From an uncultured Acidobacteriota bacterium (GTDB lineage Bacteria; Acidobacteriota; Thermoanaerobaculia; Multivoradales; UBA5704): a DNA stretch of 64,000 bases. The notes below the pieces were generated by a model. It did not search any database. It saw only the letters and a list, made by a program, of their open reading frames with translations, and was not told the origin of the DNA. The stretch is taken from positions 320,001 to 384,000 of the forward strand of contig OY969474.1 in NCBI GenBank assembly GCA_963700145.1. Direction: 5' to 3'. Both the position numbers and the translations under genes were made by a program. Positions 30,060 to 38,840 of the stretch are shown in pieces (the stretch's first letter is position 1; every line of letters starts with the position of its first letter).

Positions 30060-31028
30060 ATGCGACAACCAATCCCTTCTGCAATCGGGCCGCTCCTCGT
30101 CTGCGCCGTCCTCGCCGCGGCCGCGCTCTCCGCGCAGGAGCCACCCCCGGCCGAGAGCTCCCCGGCCGGGCTCGACACCGCGGCGATCGAGCGGCTGACC
30201 GGCCTCAAGGGGGAGCTCAACGCGCGCGAAGGGGTCTTCCGCGTCAGCGCGCCGCGGAGCGACCTCGCGGTGCGGGTAGGGGGCGTGCGGATGACGCCGC
30301 GCCTGGGCCTGAGCTCATGGGCGGCCTTCCGGCGCGCCGGGGCGGCGGCGATGGTGATGGGCGACCTGGTGCTGCTCGAGGGGGAGGTCGATCCGGTCAT
30401 GGGGGCCGCCCTCGACGCCGGCCTCGAGGTGACGGCGCTGCACAACCACTTCCTCGGCGAGAGCCCGCGGGTGATGTTTCTGCACGTCGGCGGGCACGGG
30501 CCGCTCGCCGAGCTGGCCGGCGCCGTGGGGAAGGTCTTCCGGGCGCTCGAGCAAGCGCGGGGGCGGGAGCTGAAACGGGCGGAGATCGACCCCGCGCGGA
30601 CGGCGCTCGACCCGGCGCCGATCGAGACCGCGCTCGGCGCCAAGGGCGAGCTCAAGGACGGCGTGCTGCGGGTGACGATCGGCAAGCCGGCGCGCATGCA
30701 CGGCGAGGAGCTGGGCGCGGCGATGGGGGTCAACACCTGGGCCGCCTTCGCCGGCGACGAGCGGCAGGCGGTCGTGGACGGCGACTTCGCGATGTACGAG
30801 CCGGAGCTCCAGATCGTGCTGCAGGGGCTGCGCAAGGTGGGGATCTCGGTGGTGGCGATCCACCACCACATGACCGGCGAAGAACCGCGGGTCGTCTTCC
30901 TCCACTACTGGGCGACCGGCCCGGCGCTCGAGCTGGCGGCCGGGCTGCGCGCGGTGCTCGACGCCCAGGCCGGCGCGGCCCCGCGCGCCGCCGGGGCCCC
31001 TGCGGATGCAGCGGCCGCGACGCCGTAG
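30060..31028 (+). CDS. DUF1259 (LppY/LpqO-like) secreted protein
   Basis: Two repeats: WAAF...MGDLVL...TALHNH...FLH and WAAF...DGDF...AIHHH...FLHYW. Confidence 0.88.
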   Translation: MRQPIPSAIGPLLVCAVLAAAALSAQEPPPAESSPAGLDTAAIERLTGLKGELNAREGVFRVSAPRSDLAVRVGGVRMTPRLGLSSWAAFRRAGAAAMVMGDLVLLEGEVDPVMGAALDAGLEVTALHNHFLGESPRVMFLHVGGHGPLAELAGAVGKVFRALEQARGRELKRAEIDPARTALDPAPIETALGAKGELKDGVLRVTIGKPARMHGEELGAAMGVNTWAAFAGDERQAVVDGDFAMYEPELQIVLQGLRKVGISVVAIHHHMTGEEPRVVFLHYWATGPALELAAGLRAVLDAQAGAAPRAAGAPADAAAATP

Positions 31029-31092
31029 GCGTTCGCTCGGTGCGGTCCTCCTCACGACCGCCGGCGGGCTCGAGCGCGCTACAATGCCCCCG

Positions 31093-31467
31093 ATGAGGCG
31101 ACTCCCGGCCCGTGGCCGCTCGGCCGCCGCCAGTCTGCTTGCCCTGCTCCTCGGCGCCGTCCTCCTGGCCGGCACGGTGGAGGTCCACGGCACGGCGGCG
31201 GAGCACTCCGCCCTCGATCGGCCGACCGTCGTCTTCACCGACGCGCGGCACGCCGACCAGCCGCTCCACCTCGAGACCTCGGCCGTCCTGGAGGTCCCGC
31301 GCTGCGCCTGGTGCGTGCTCCACGCCAAGAGCCTGGGCGACGCCCTGCGCGTGCCCGCGCGGCTCGCCGGCCCCGCGCTCGCCCGGACCGCCGCCGGCGC
31401 TCCGCTCGACGAGCCCGCCGCCCCGCCCCGCCTCCGCCCGGTCTCCCGCGGCCCGCCGCTCGCCTGA
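31093..31467 (+). CDS. DUF2946/CruR-like leader protein with CxxC and C-terminal RGPP
   Basis: TM/signal segment, His residues, CAWC and ...VSRGPPLA stop. TACAAT 7 nt before the ATG. Confidence 0.75.
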   Translation: MRRLPARGRSAAASLLALLLGAVLLAGTVEVHGTAAEHSALDRPTVVFTDARHADQPLHLETSAVLEVPRCAWCVLHAKSLGDALRVPARLAGPALARTAAGAPLDEPAAPPRLRPVSRGPPLA

Positions 31468-31470
31468 CCC

Positions 31471-31535
31471 GCTCCTCGCGCTGAAAAAGCCCGCGCCGGC
31501 GGGCACTTCGCCTTTTCTCTGCGACGGAAAGGAGT
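31471..31535 (+). promoter_or_regulatory. Stem-loop that can sequester the RBS of the downstream OM protein gene
   Basis: Nested pairings GCTCCT/AGGAGT, TCGCG/TGCGA, GAAAA/TTTTC and GCCCGC/GCGGGC. Confidence 0.6.
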
Positions 31536-31541
31536 CCGGAC

Positions 31542-32870
31542 ATGACCGGCAGGCGACCGCCTTTCGCGAATCCGATCTTGAGACTGATCCCGTGCGGGCT
31601 CGCGCTCGCGCTTCTCGCGCCACCCCTGGGGGCTCAAGAGTCCCCTGCCACCGACCCTGTCGGCGCCCTGCGCGCCGAGATCGAGGCGCTGCGCGCCGAC
31701 TACGAGGTGCGCATCGCCGCCCTCGAAGGGCGCCTGGCGCAGCTGGAGGCCGGCGGCACGGCCGTCGCCCCCGCCCCGCAGCCCACCGAGATCCCGCCGG
31801 AGGTCGCGGCCACCGGTGCCGCGCCCTCCACGGCCACCTACTTCAACCCCAGCGTGGCGATGATCGGCAACTTCCTCGCCGCCGGCGGGCACGCGGCGGG
31901 CGACGACGCCGCGCCGAGCGCCGAGTTGCGGGAGTCGGAGCTCGGGCTCCAGGCCGTCGTCGATCCCTACGCCCGTGCCGACTTCTTCCTCGCCTTCGGC
32001 GAGGAGGGAGTGGAGGTGGAGGAGGGCTACGCCACCCTGACCGCGCTGCCGGCCGGCCTGCTGGCGCGGATCGGCCGGATGCGCGCCGCCTTCGGCAAGG
32101 CCAACACGCTGCACGCGCACACGCTCCCCTGGGTGGACCAGCCGCTGCCGGTGGTCAACCTCCTGGGGAGCGACGAGGGGTGGATCGGCACCGGCGTCTC
32201 GGTGGGCCGGCTCATCCCGCTCGGCGAGACCTTCTCCGAGCTGACACTCCAGGCCTTCCGCGGCGACGCCGAAGGGCTCTTCGCGGGGGAGACGCGGAGC
32301 GACCTCGCCTACAACGCGCACTACCGGCTCTTCCGCGATCTCACCGAAGCGACCAACGTCGATCTCGGGGCCTCCTACGGCTTCGGCCCGAACGGCGGCG
32401 CCGCGGGGACCGACACCCATCTCGCCGGCCTCGACCTGACCTGGCGCTGGAAGCCGCTGCAGACCGGGCTCTACCGCTCGGCGATCGTGCGCGCCGAGGT
32501 CTTCCGCAGCCACCGCGAGCTGGCGGCGCCGGAGCCGCCGACCGATCCGGACGACGAGGATCCCGGCGGCGAGCCGCCGGGCGACGTCGGGGCCCCGGAC
32601 GACGCCGAGGCCCTCGGCTGGTTCCTGGCCGGCGACTATCAGCTCGGCCGGCGCTGGTCGGTGGGCGCGCGCTACGAGCGCTCCGAGCGCGCCGACGACC
32701 CGGGCCTCGAGGACACTGGCACGGCCGGCCTCCTCACCTTCCGGCCCAGCGAGTTCTCCCTGCTCCGCGCCGAGGCGCGCCGGCGGCGCTTCGCCGAGGG
32801 CGACACGGCCACGGAGCTCTTCCTGCAATTCCAGTTCGCGATCGGCGCCCACGGCGCCCATCCCTTCTGA
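31542..32870 (+). CDS. Outer-membrane metal-uptake porin-like protein (C-terminal GAHGAHPF)
   Basis: Signal peptide, coiled coil, FNPSVA, VDPYARAD, EEGY, FGKANTLHAH and QFAIGAHGAHPF. Confidence 0.8.
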   Translation: MTGRRPPFANPILRLIPCGLALALLAPPLGAQESPATDPVGALRAEIEALRADYEVRIAALEGRLAQLEAGGTAVAPAPQPTEIPPEVAATGAAPSTATYFNPSVAMIGNFLAAGGHAAGDDAAPSAELRESELGLQAVVDPYARADFFLAFGEEGVEVEEGYATLTALPAGLLARIGRMRAAFGKANTLHAHTLPWVDQPLPVVNLLGSDEGWIGTGVSVGRLIPLGETFSELTLQAFRGDAEGLFAGETRSDLAYNAHYRLFRDLTEATNVDLGASYGFGPNGGAAGTDTHLAGLDLTWRWKPLQTGLYRSAIVRAEVFRSHRELAAPEPPTDPDDEDPGGEPPGDVGAPDDAEALGWFLAGDYQLGRRWSVGARYERSERADDPGLEDTGTAGLLTFRPSEFSLLRAEARRRRFAEGDTATELFLQFQFAIGAHGAHPF

Positions 32871-32879
32871 GGTGACGTC

Positions 32880-33800
32880 ATGAAGCCCGTCCGCTGTCTT
32901 TCCGCTCTGCTCCTGCTCCTCGCGGCGCTCCCCGGCGCCGCGGAGGCAAAACTGCGCGTGGTCACTTCGACCCAGGACCTGGCGTCGATCGCCGACGCGA
33001 TCGGCCGCGACCACGTCTCCACCTTCCCCCTCGCCAAGGGCTACCAGGATCCGCACTTCGTGGACGCCAAGCCGTCCTTCGTCCTGCAGCTCTCGCGCGC
33101 CGACCTGCTGATCGTCGCCGGCCTCGACCTCGAGGCCGGCTACCTGCCGCCACTCATCGACCAGAGCCGCAACCGGAAGATCCGCCCCGGCGCGCCGGGG
33201 TACCTCGACGCCTCGGTCGGCTGCGAGGTCCTGGGCCGGCCCACGCGGCAGATCACCCGCGCCATGGGCGACGTCCACCCGCAGGGCAACCCGCACTACT
33301 GGACCGACCCCGAGAACGGGCGGCGCATCGCCCGCTCGGTGGCGGCGCGTCTCACGCAGCTCGACCCGGCCGCCGCCGGCGCCTACGCCGGCAACCTCGC
33401 CGCCTTCGAAGCCACGCTCACCCGCAAGACGGCCGAGTGGGAGGCCAAGATGAAGCCCTACGCCGGGCGCGAGGTGGTCACCTTCCACGACTCCTGGCCC
33501 AACTTCGCCAAGCGCTTCAAGCTCGAGGTCGCCGGCCACGTCGAGCCCAAGCCGGGGATCCCGCCCAGCCCGACGCACACCCTCGAGATCATCAACCTGA
33601 TCAAGGCGAAGAAGATCCCGCTCATCCTGGTCGAGCCGTACTTCGACCTCAAGACGCCGAAGTACATCGCCGGCAAGACCGGGTCGGCGGTGCTCGTCTT
33701 CTACCCCTCGGTCGGCGGGACGCCGGCGATCAAGGACTACTTCGCGCTCTTCGACACCAACGTCGACGCCTTCGTGGCCGCGATGAAGGGGCGCGGATGA
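32880..33800 (+). CDS. Zn/Mn ABC transporter substrate-binding protein (ZnuA/TroA family)
   Basis: QDPHFV, GDVHPQGNPHYWTDP, FHDSW and EPKPGIPPSPTH. Confidence 0.92.
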   Translation: MKPVRCLSALLLLLAALPGAAEAKLRVVTSTQDLASIADAIGRDHVSTFPLAKGYQDPHFVDAKPSFVLQLSRADLLIVAGLDLEAGYLPPLIDQSRNRKIRPGAPGYLDASVGCEVLGRPTRQITRAMGDVHPQGNPHYWTDPENGRRIARSVAARLTQLDPAAAGAYAGNLAAFEATLTRKTAEWEAKMKPYAGREVVTFHDSWPNFAKRFKLEVAGHVEPKPGIPPSPTHTLEIINLIKAKKIPLILVEPYFDLKTPKYIAGKTGSAVLVFYPSVGGTPAIKDYFALFDTNVDAFVAAMKGRG

Positions 33801-34627
33801 CGATCCTCGATCTCCTGCTGCCGGCCTTCGTCGCCAGCCTCATCCTGACCGGCATCCACGCCTACCTCGGCGTCCACGTCGTCGAGCGCGGCGTCATCTT
33901 CGTCGACCTCTCGCTGGCGCAGATCGCGGCGCTCGGCACGACGGTGGCCTATCTCGCCGGCTACGACCTGCACTCGACGGCCGCCTACCTGTTCTCGCTG
34001 GCCTTCACCTTCCTGGGGGCGGCGATCTTCGCCCTCTCGCGCGTCCACCGCAGCACGCGGATCCCGCAGGAGGCGGTGATCGGCATCGTCTACGCCGTCT
34101 CGGCGGCGGTGGCCATCCTGGTGATGTCGAAGGCGACGCAGGAGACCGAGCACCTCAAGGAGATGCTGGTCGGCAACGTCCTGTCGGTGACCTGGCCGGA
34201 GTTGGCGCGGACGGCGGTGCTCTACGCCGCCGTCGGGGTCTTCCACTACTTCTGCCGCGAGCGCTTCCTGACCATCTCGATGGACGAGGAGGAGGCCGTG
34301 CGGCGGGGCTACAACATCCGCTTCTGGGACTTCCTCTTCTACGTCTCGTTCGGCTTCGTGGTCACTTCGTCGGTGGCGATCGCCGGGGTGCTCCTGGTGT
34401 TCTGCTTCCTCATCGTGCCGTCGGTCGCCGCCATGCTCTTCGCCGAGCGCCTGGGGCCGCGCCTGGCGCTCGGCTGGGCGATGGGCGCCCTGGTCTCGGC
34501 GGGAGGTGTCGCGCTCTCCTTCTTCCTCGACCTCCCGACGGGCGCCACGATCGTCGCCACCTTCGGCGCCGCCCTGCTGCTGCTGGCCGGGGTGCGGTGG
34601 GCGTTCCGGCGCCAGGCGCGGGCGTAG
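33797..34627 (+). CDS. Zn/Mn ABC transporter permease (ZnuB/ABC-3 family)
   Basis: YLGVHVVERGVIFVDLSLAQIAALG, EAVIGIVY and LPTGATIV. ATGA overlap with the upstream gene. Confidence 0.9.
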   Translation: MTILDLLLPAFVASLILTGIHAYLGVHVVERGVIFVDLSLAQIAALGTTVAYLAGYDLHSTAAYLFSLAFTFLGAAIFALSRVHRSTRIPQEAVIGIVYAVSAAVAILVMSKATQETEHLKEMLVGNVLSVTWPELARTAVLYAAVGVFHYFCRERFLTISMDEEEAVRRGYNIRFWDFLFYVSFGFVVTSSVAIAGVLLVFCFLIVPSVAAMLFAERLGPRLALGWAMGALVSAGGVALSFFLDLPTGATIVATFGAALLLLAGVRWAFRRQARA

Positions 34628-34631
34628 GGGC

Positions 34632-35243
34632 TTACTTCTTGGTGTAGGTGATCTCCATCATCTTCATCTCCTTGCCGTCCTTGCCGGGGATGTACATCTC
34701 GAAGACCTGGACCGTCGGGCTCGTCCAGCGGCTCGTCATCCGCGCGTTGATCGGGCCCTTCGTGATCGGGTCGTTCCAGCTGCCGGTGAAGGTGCAGGCC
34801 CCTTGGGCGTCGCAGGTGCCTTGGCTCAGCATCACGCCGGTGGACATACTGTCGTTCCACGTCGACCAGTACTTGCCGGTGACGTTGTCGTAGCCCTGCA
34901 TGCCGTGGCCGGTGAACGGCGTCCCCATCATCGAGCTGCTGACGTCCTCGACCAGCACGCGGCCGTCGAGCGCCATTTTCCGCGTCGCCGTCCCGCTCTC
35001 TTCCGACGGCGGCCCACCCGGCTCGTGCCAGCTCTTGATCTTCAGATCGTAGCTCCCGGCCGTCGCCGCCAGGGCCTGGTGCGGGGCGCCCGGCGAGCCG
35101 GCCGCCACGTAGGCCTCCATCTCGGCCTTCTGCTCGGGGGTCATCTGGGGAGGCGCCTGCCCTTCTTGCGCCAGCGCCAGCGCCGGCGCGGCGGCGAGCA
35201 CGGCGGCGGCGGTCAACAGCCTGCTTATGAGCTTGCGGATCAT
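34632..35243 (-). CDS. DUF1579-domain secreted protein
   Basis: PGAPHQAL, GYDNVTGKYWSTWNDSMST and MMEITYTK. Confidence 0.88.
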   Translation of the reverse strand: MIRKLISRLLTAAAVLAAAPALALAQEGQAPPQMTPEQKAEMEAYVAAGSPGAPHQALAATAGSYDLKIKSWHEPGGPPSEESGTATRKMALDGRVLVEDVSSSMMGTPFTGHGMQGYDNVTGKYWSTWNDSMSTGVMLSQGTCDAQGACTFTGSWNDPITKGPINARMTSRWTSPTVQVFEMYIPGKDGKEMKMMEITYTKK

Positions 35244-35266
35244 GATTTTCTCCTTAGGGTAGCGAG

Positions 35267-35818
35267 CTACTTGCCTTGCTTCCGCGGGTCGTCGCGGGGG
35301 TCGAGGTAGACGATCTGCCAGGGACCGCCGCCGGTGATCTGGAGGACGGTGTCGCCGGTCGCCCAGGCATAGTGCCACATCTCGGCCGGCATCAGGGAGT
35401 AGGAGCCGGCGGGAAGCGCCGTGCCCTTCGCGTTGTCGAACTTGTCCCCGCGGCCCAGGTTGAAGGTCCCGGAGACGACGGTGATCCGCTCGGGCGCGGG
35501 GTGCCAGTGCGGCTTGATCTGGAAGCCGTCCGGCAAAAAGAGGCGCATGGTGAAGAGTCCCTCTTCGCGGGGATCGCCTTCGAGGACCGCGAACTTCGCT
35601 CCCTTCGGCAGCGACGGCGGCCCGTCCTGCCACTTGATGGCGTCGGCGAGGTAGACGGCGTGGCTCTCCGGCTTCGCGGCGCGGTGCTCGGAGGGCTGCG
35701 CGTCGGGTGTCGTGGATTGAGCGGACGCCTTGGCGCCGTTCGCCACCGCGCCGGCGGCGGCGAGGACGAGCAGGGCGCCCAGGAAGGCTGGCGCGAAGCG
35801 ACGCAGTGAGTGCGGCAT
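35267..35818 (-). CDS. Secreted cupin protein (DUF4437-like)
   Basis: AVLEGDP, PHWHP..ERITVVSG, H.AW and GPW.I.Y.DPRDDPR. Confidence 0.85.
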   Translation of the reverse strand: MPHSLRRFAPAFLGALLVLAAAGAVANGAKASAQSTTPDAQPSEHRAAKPESHAVYLADAIKWQDGPPSLPKGAKFAVLEGDPREEGLFTMRLFLPDGFQIKPHWHPAPERITVVSGTFNLGRGDKFDNAKGTALPAGSYSLMPAEMWHYAWATGDTVLQITGGGPWQIVYLDPRDDPRKQGK

Positions 35819-35913
35819 GGCTCCCTCCTTCGGATGTCGGTGGCGAGTCGTGGAGCCTGTATCATCGCCGAAATCGTCCGGCAGGTCATCTGACTCTTCC
35901 CTGGGGGTCGTCC

Positions 35914-36089
35914 ATGAGCCCACGGCGTCTGGCCGTCCTGGTCCTGGTCCTGCCGCTCGCCGCCTGCCGAGCACGGGAGGGGGCGGAAGGCGGTGGTAGC
36001 CGCCAAGCTCGCCCCCGGACGCGGCGGCGGCGGAGAGCCTCGCGCCCGAGGAGCTGGAGCGGCTGCGCAGCCTCGGCTACATCCAGTAG
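35914..36089 (+). pseudogene. Remnant joining a lipoprotein signal to a sulfatase-type C-terminal tail (EELERLRSLGYIQ) out of frame
   Basis: MSPRRLAVLVLVLPLAAC in one frame and PDAAAAESLAPEELERLRSLGYIQ* in another. The 176-nt span is not a multiple of 3. Confidence 0.6.
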
Positions 36090-36095
36090 CGCCGA

Positions 36096-37607
36096 TCAGG
36101 GGGCCGGCGCGGCGGCGGGGGCGCGGCGGAGGGCGACGTAGGCCGGCAGCTCGAAGTGGCCGCGGGCGGTGGTGAAGTAGGCGGTGGCGAAGCCGGTGAG
36201 GGAATCGCCGGCGGGGCGCAGGGCCAGCGCGATCCGGTGTGGGTGCTCGGCGGGCTCGGCGAGGCGGAGCGTGCCGAGGAAGGAGCCCTGGAGCAGCCCC
36301 TCTTCCCAGCGCGTCTCGGCGAGCAGCGTCGGGAGCTGCTCGTCGAGCGCGACATGGACGTCGCCGTCGGGCTGGAAGGTGAGGCGGAGCGGCGCGGGGT
36401 CGCCGGCGCCCTGCACGGTGCCCTCCCACGTGCCGGCCAGCTCAGGAGTCGGCGCATAGGGGAGGTTGACCGCCGCTTCGTACTCGGTCATCGCCCGCTC
36501 GACCTTCGCCGCCATGCCGGGGACGAGGCGCTCGGTGATCTCGACCGCCAGGGCGTCCATCGCGTTGCCGGTGACGTTCGTCAGGCAGACGACGGCGAGC
36601 CGCGCATGCGGCAGGATCGAGACCGTCGCCTGCGCGCCGCCGGCGCGGCCGTTCGACAGCAGCCAGAGCCAGCCGTCCCCCAGCTCGACGCTCCCCCAGC
36701 CGAGAGCCATGAGCGCGTGCGGCAGCGCCGCCCGGTCCCGTTGCATGGCGGCAACGCCGGCGGGCGACACCGGCCGCCGCTGCCCAGGCTCCAGCGCGTC
36801 GAGGGAGAGGCGGGCGTAGCGCAGCAGGTCGCGGGCGCTGGCGTGGACGGCGAGCGAGCTCCGCGGCAACGAAAAGGCGGGCTCGATCGCCGAGCCGTCG
36901 GCGCGGTAGCGCGCCGCGGGCGCGGTGCCGCTCGCGGTCCAGCCGGCGACCAGGCTGTCGTTCATCCCGAGCGGCGCGAAGACCTCGCGGCGCAGGAGGT
37001 CGGGGTAGGGGAGGCCGGAGGCACGCTCCAGCACGCGCTCGAGGACGGCGTAGGAGAAGTTGGAGTAGAGGTAGGTCTCGCCGGCCGGGAAGGCGACGAA
37101 GAGGCGGTCGCGCACCAACGCCGCGGAGGTCAGCGCGCGCGCCGCCTCTTCGGAGGTGAAGCTGAGATTGCCGTGCGGCACCGCCGCGGTCATCTGCAGC
37201 AGCCGGCGCAGGGTGACGGCGTCGCGCTCGCCGGCGTGGACCGCCGGCGCGTCCGGGCCGAGGTAGGCGTCGGCCGGGCGGTCGAGGTCGAGAAGCCCGC
37301 GCTCGGCGAGCGCCACGACGGCGGTCGCGGTGACCGACTTGCCGACCGAGGCGATGCCGTACGGCGTGCGCGGCGTCGCCGGGACGCCGGCCGCGCGGTC
37401 GGCCCAGCCGAAGGCCTCCTCCCAGAGCACCCGCCCGTCCTGGAGCACCGCGACGGCGACCGACGGCAGCTCGCCCGCCTCGACGCGGCGGAGGAGCTCC
37501 GCGCGCACCTGCGTGAGGCGCGCGTCGGCGGCGACGGTGGCGGTCGCGGGAGGCGCCGCCGGTCCGTTCGCAGCGAGCGCGAGCAGCATGGAAAGCGCGT
37601 AGAGCAT
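36096..37607 (-). CDS. Serine hydrolase, beta-lactamase class C/CubicO-like
   Basis: SVGK (SxxK), YSN, FAPLGM and a signal peptide. Confidence 0.88.
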   Translation of the reverse strand: MLYALSMLLALAANGPAAPPATATVAADARLTQVRAELLRRVEAGELPSVAVAVLQDGRVLWEEAFGWADRAAGVPATPRTPYGIASVGKSVTATAVVALAERGLLDLDRPADAYLGPDAPAVHAGERDAVTLRRLLQMTAAVPHGNLSFTSEEAARALTSAALVRDRLFVAFPAGETYLYSNFSYAVLERVLERASGLPYPDLLRREVFAPLGMNDSLVAGWTASGTAPAARYRADGSAIEPAFSLPRSSLAVHASARDLLRYARLSLDALEPGQRRPVSPAGVAAMQRDRAALPHALMALGWGSVELGDGWLWLLSNGRAGGAQATVSILPHARLAVVCLTNVTGNAMDALAVEITERLVPGMAAKVERAMTEYEAAVNLPYAPTPELAGTWEGTVQGAGDPAPLRLTFQPDGDVHVALDEQLPTLLAETRWEEGLLQGSFLGTLRLAEPAEHPHRIALALRPAGDSLTGFATAYFTTARGHFELPAYVALRRAPAAAPAP

Positions 37608-37621
37608 GCGAGGTCGGCCCC

Positions 37622-37713
37622 TTGTCATTCCGAGCGCAGCCGAGGAATCTGGGCGGGGGCTTCCGCCGGGAACGCCCCTGCCCCCAGATCCTTCGCTTCG
37701 CTCAGGATGACAA
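37622..37713. repeat. GTCAT...ATGAC palindromic REP/RPE-like element
   Basis: TTGTCATTCCGAGCGCAGCCGAGGAATCTGGG...CCCAGATCCTTCGCTTCGCTCAGGATGACAA, a long imperfect hairpin. Confidence 0.8.
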
Positions 37714-37745
37714 CTAGCCTTGGTACTGCCGGACGCCCGCCGAGG

Positions 37746-38840
37746 TTACAGCTCGTCGAGCGCCGCGCCGAGCCGCTCGAGGCCGGCGGCGAGGTCGGGG
37801 GTGGGGCCGCCGATGCCGATGCGGACGTGCTCCGGCAGGCCGAAGAAGCGGCCGGGGACGACGGTCGTCTCGTGGCGGGCGCGCAGGTGGTCGCAGAGGC
37901 GGTCGGTGTCGCCGCCGCGCCAGCGCGGGAAGACCAGCGTCCCGTAGCGCGGGCGGACGGCCTCCAGGTCGTCGCGCCCGTCGAGGAAGCGGTGGAGGAG
38001 AGCGCGGTTGGCGGCGAGGAGCGCCCGCGCGCGCTCGGCGATGTGGTCGAGCCGCGCCAGGGCGACGACGCTCAGCCGCTCCGCCGGGTGGGCCGGGATG
38101 ACGTGGAAGAGGTCGGTGAGCCGCCAGATCCGCCGCGCCAGCTCGGGCTCGGCCAGCACCCAACCGCAGCGCAAGCCGTTCAAGCCGTAGGCCTTGGTCA
38201 GGCTGCTCGCCACCACGAACTCGGGGCCGAGGCGGGCGGCGGTGCGCGCCGGCACACCCTCGTCCACCGCGACCATCTCGAGATACACCTCGTCCACCAG
38301 CACGCGAGCGCCGGCCCGCCGCGCCAGCTCGCCGAGCCCGGCGAGGGCCGCGTCGTCGAGGCGCGCGCCGCTCGGGTTGTGCAGGTCGCTCAAGACGATC
38401 AGGCGGGTGCGCGGCGAGACGAGGCGCGCGACCTCGTCGAGGTCGATGCCCCAGCCCTTCTCCGGCCGCCGCGCGAAAGGCTTCACCTCGGCGCCGAGGT
38501 AGCGGGCGACGGCGAGGATCGGCTCGTAGGTCGGGTGCTCCAAGAGCACCTCGTCGCCGGGCTCGACGAGCGCCGCCATCGCCAGGTGAAGGGCGAGCGA
38601 GGTGCCGACGGCCGCCACGACCTGCTCCTCCGGCACGCCGCAGTGCGCCGCCAAGGCCGCCTGCAGCGGCGGGTAGCCGTACCAGCTCGGGCCGCTCAGC
38701 TCGAGGTCGTCGAGCGTCGCGCCCAGCTCGGCGAGCGGCAGGGGATCGACGCCGCTCGCCACCAGGTTGAAGCGCGCCTGCGAGCGGGTCTTCGCCCACT
38801 CCTGGTACTCCGAGCTCAGGACGCGGGGCGCGCGGCCCAC
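37746..38840 (-). CDS. PLP-dependent aminotransferase, class I/II
   Basis: HNPSG, LVDEVY and SSLTKAYGLNGLRCGW. Start approximate. Confidence 0.9.
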   Translation of the reverse strand: MGRAPRVLSSEYQEWAKTRSQARFNLVASGVDPLPLAELGATLDDLELSGPSWYGYPPLQAALAAHCGVPEEQVVAAVGTSLALHLAMAALVEPGDEVLLEHPTYEPILAVARYLGAEVKPFARRPEKGWGIDLDEVARLVSPRTRLIVLSDLHNPSGARLDDAALAGLGELARRAGARVLVDEVYLEMVAVDEGVPARTAARLGPEFVVASSLTKAYGLNGLRCGWVLAEPELARRIWRLTDLFHVIPAHPAERLSVVALARLDHIAERARALLAANRALLHRFLDGRDDLEAVRPRYGTLVFPRWRGGDTDRLCDHLRARHETTVVPGRFFGLPEHVRIGIGGPTPDLAAGLERLGAALDEL

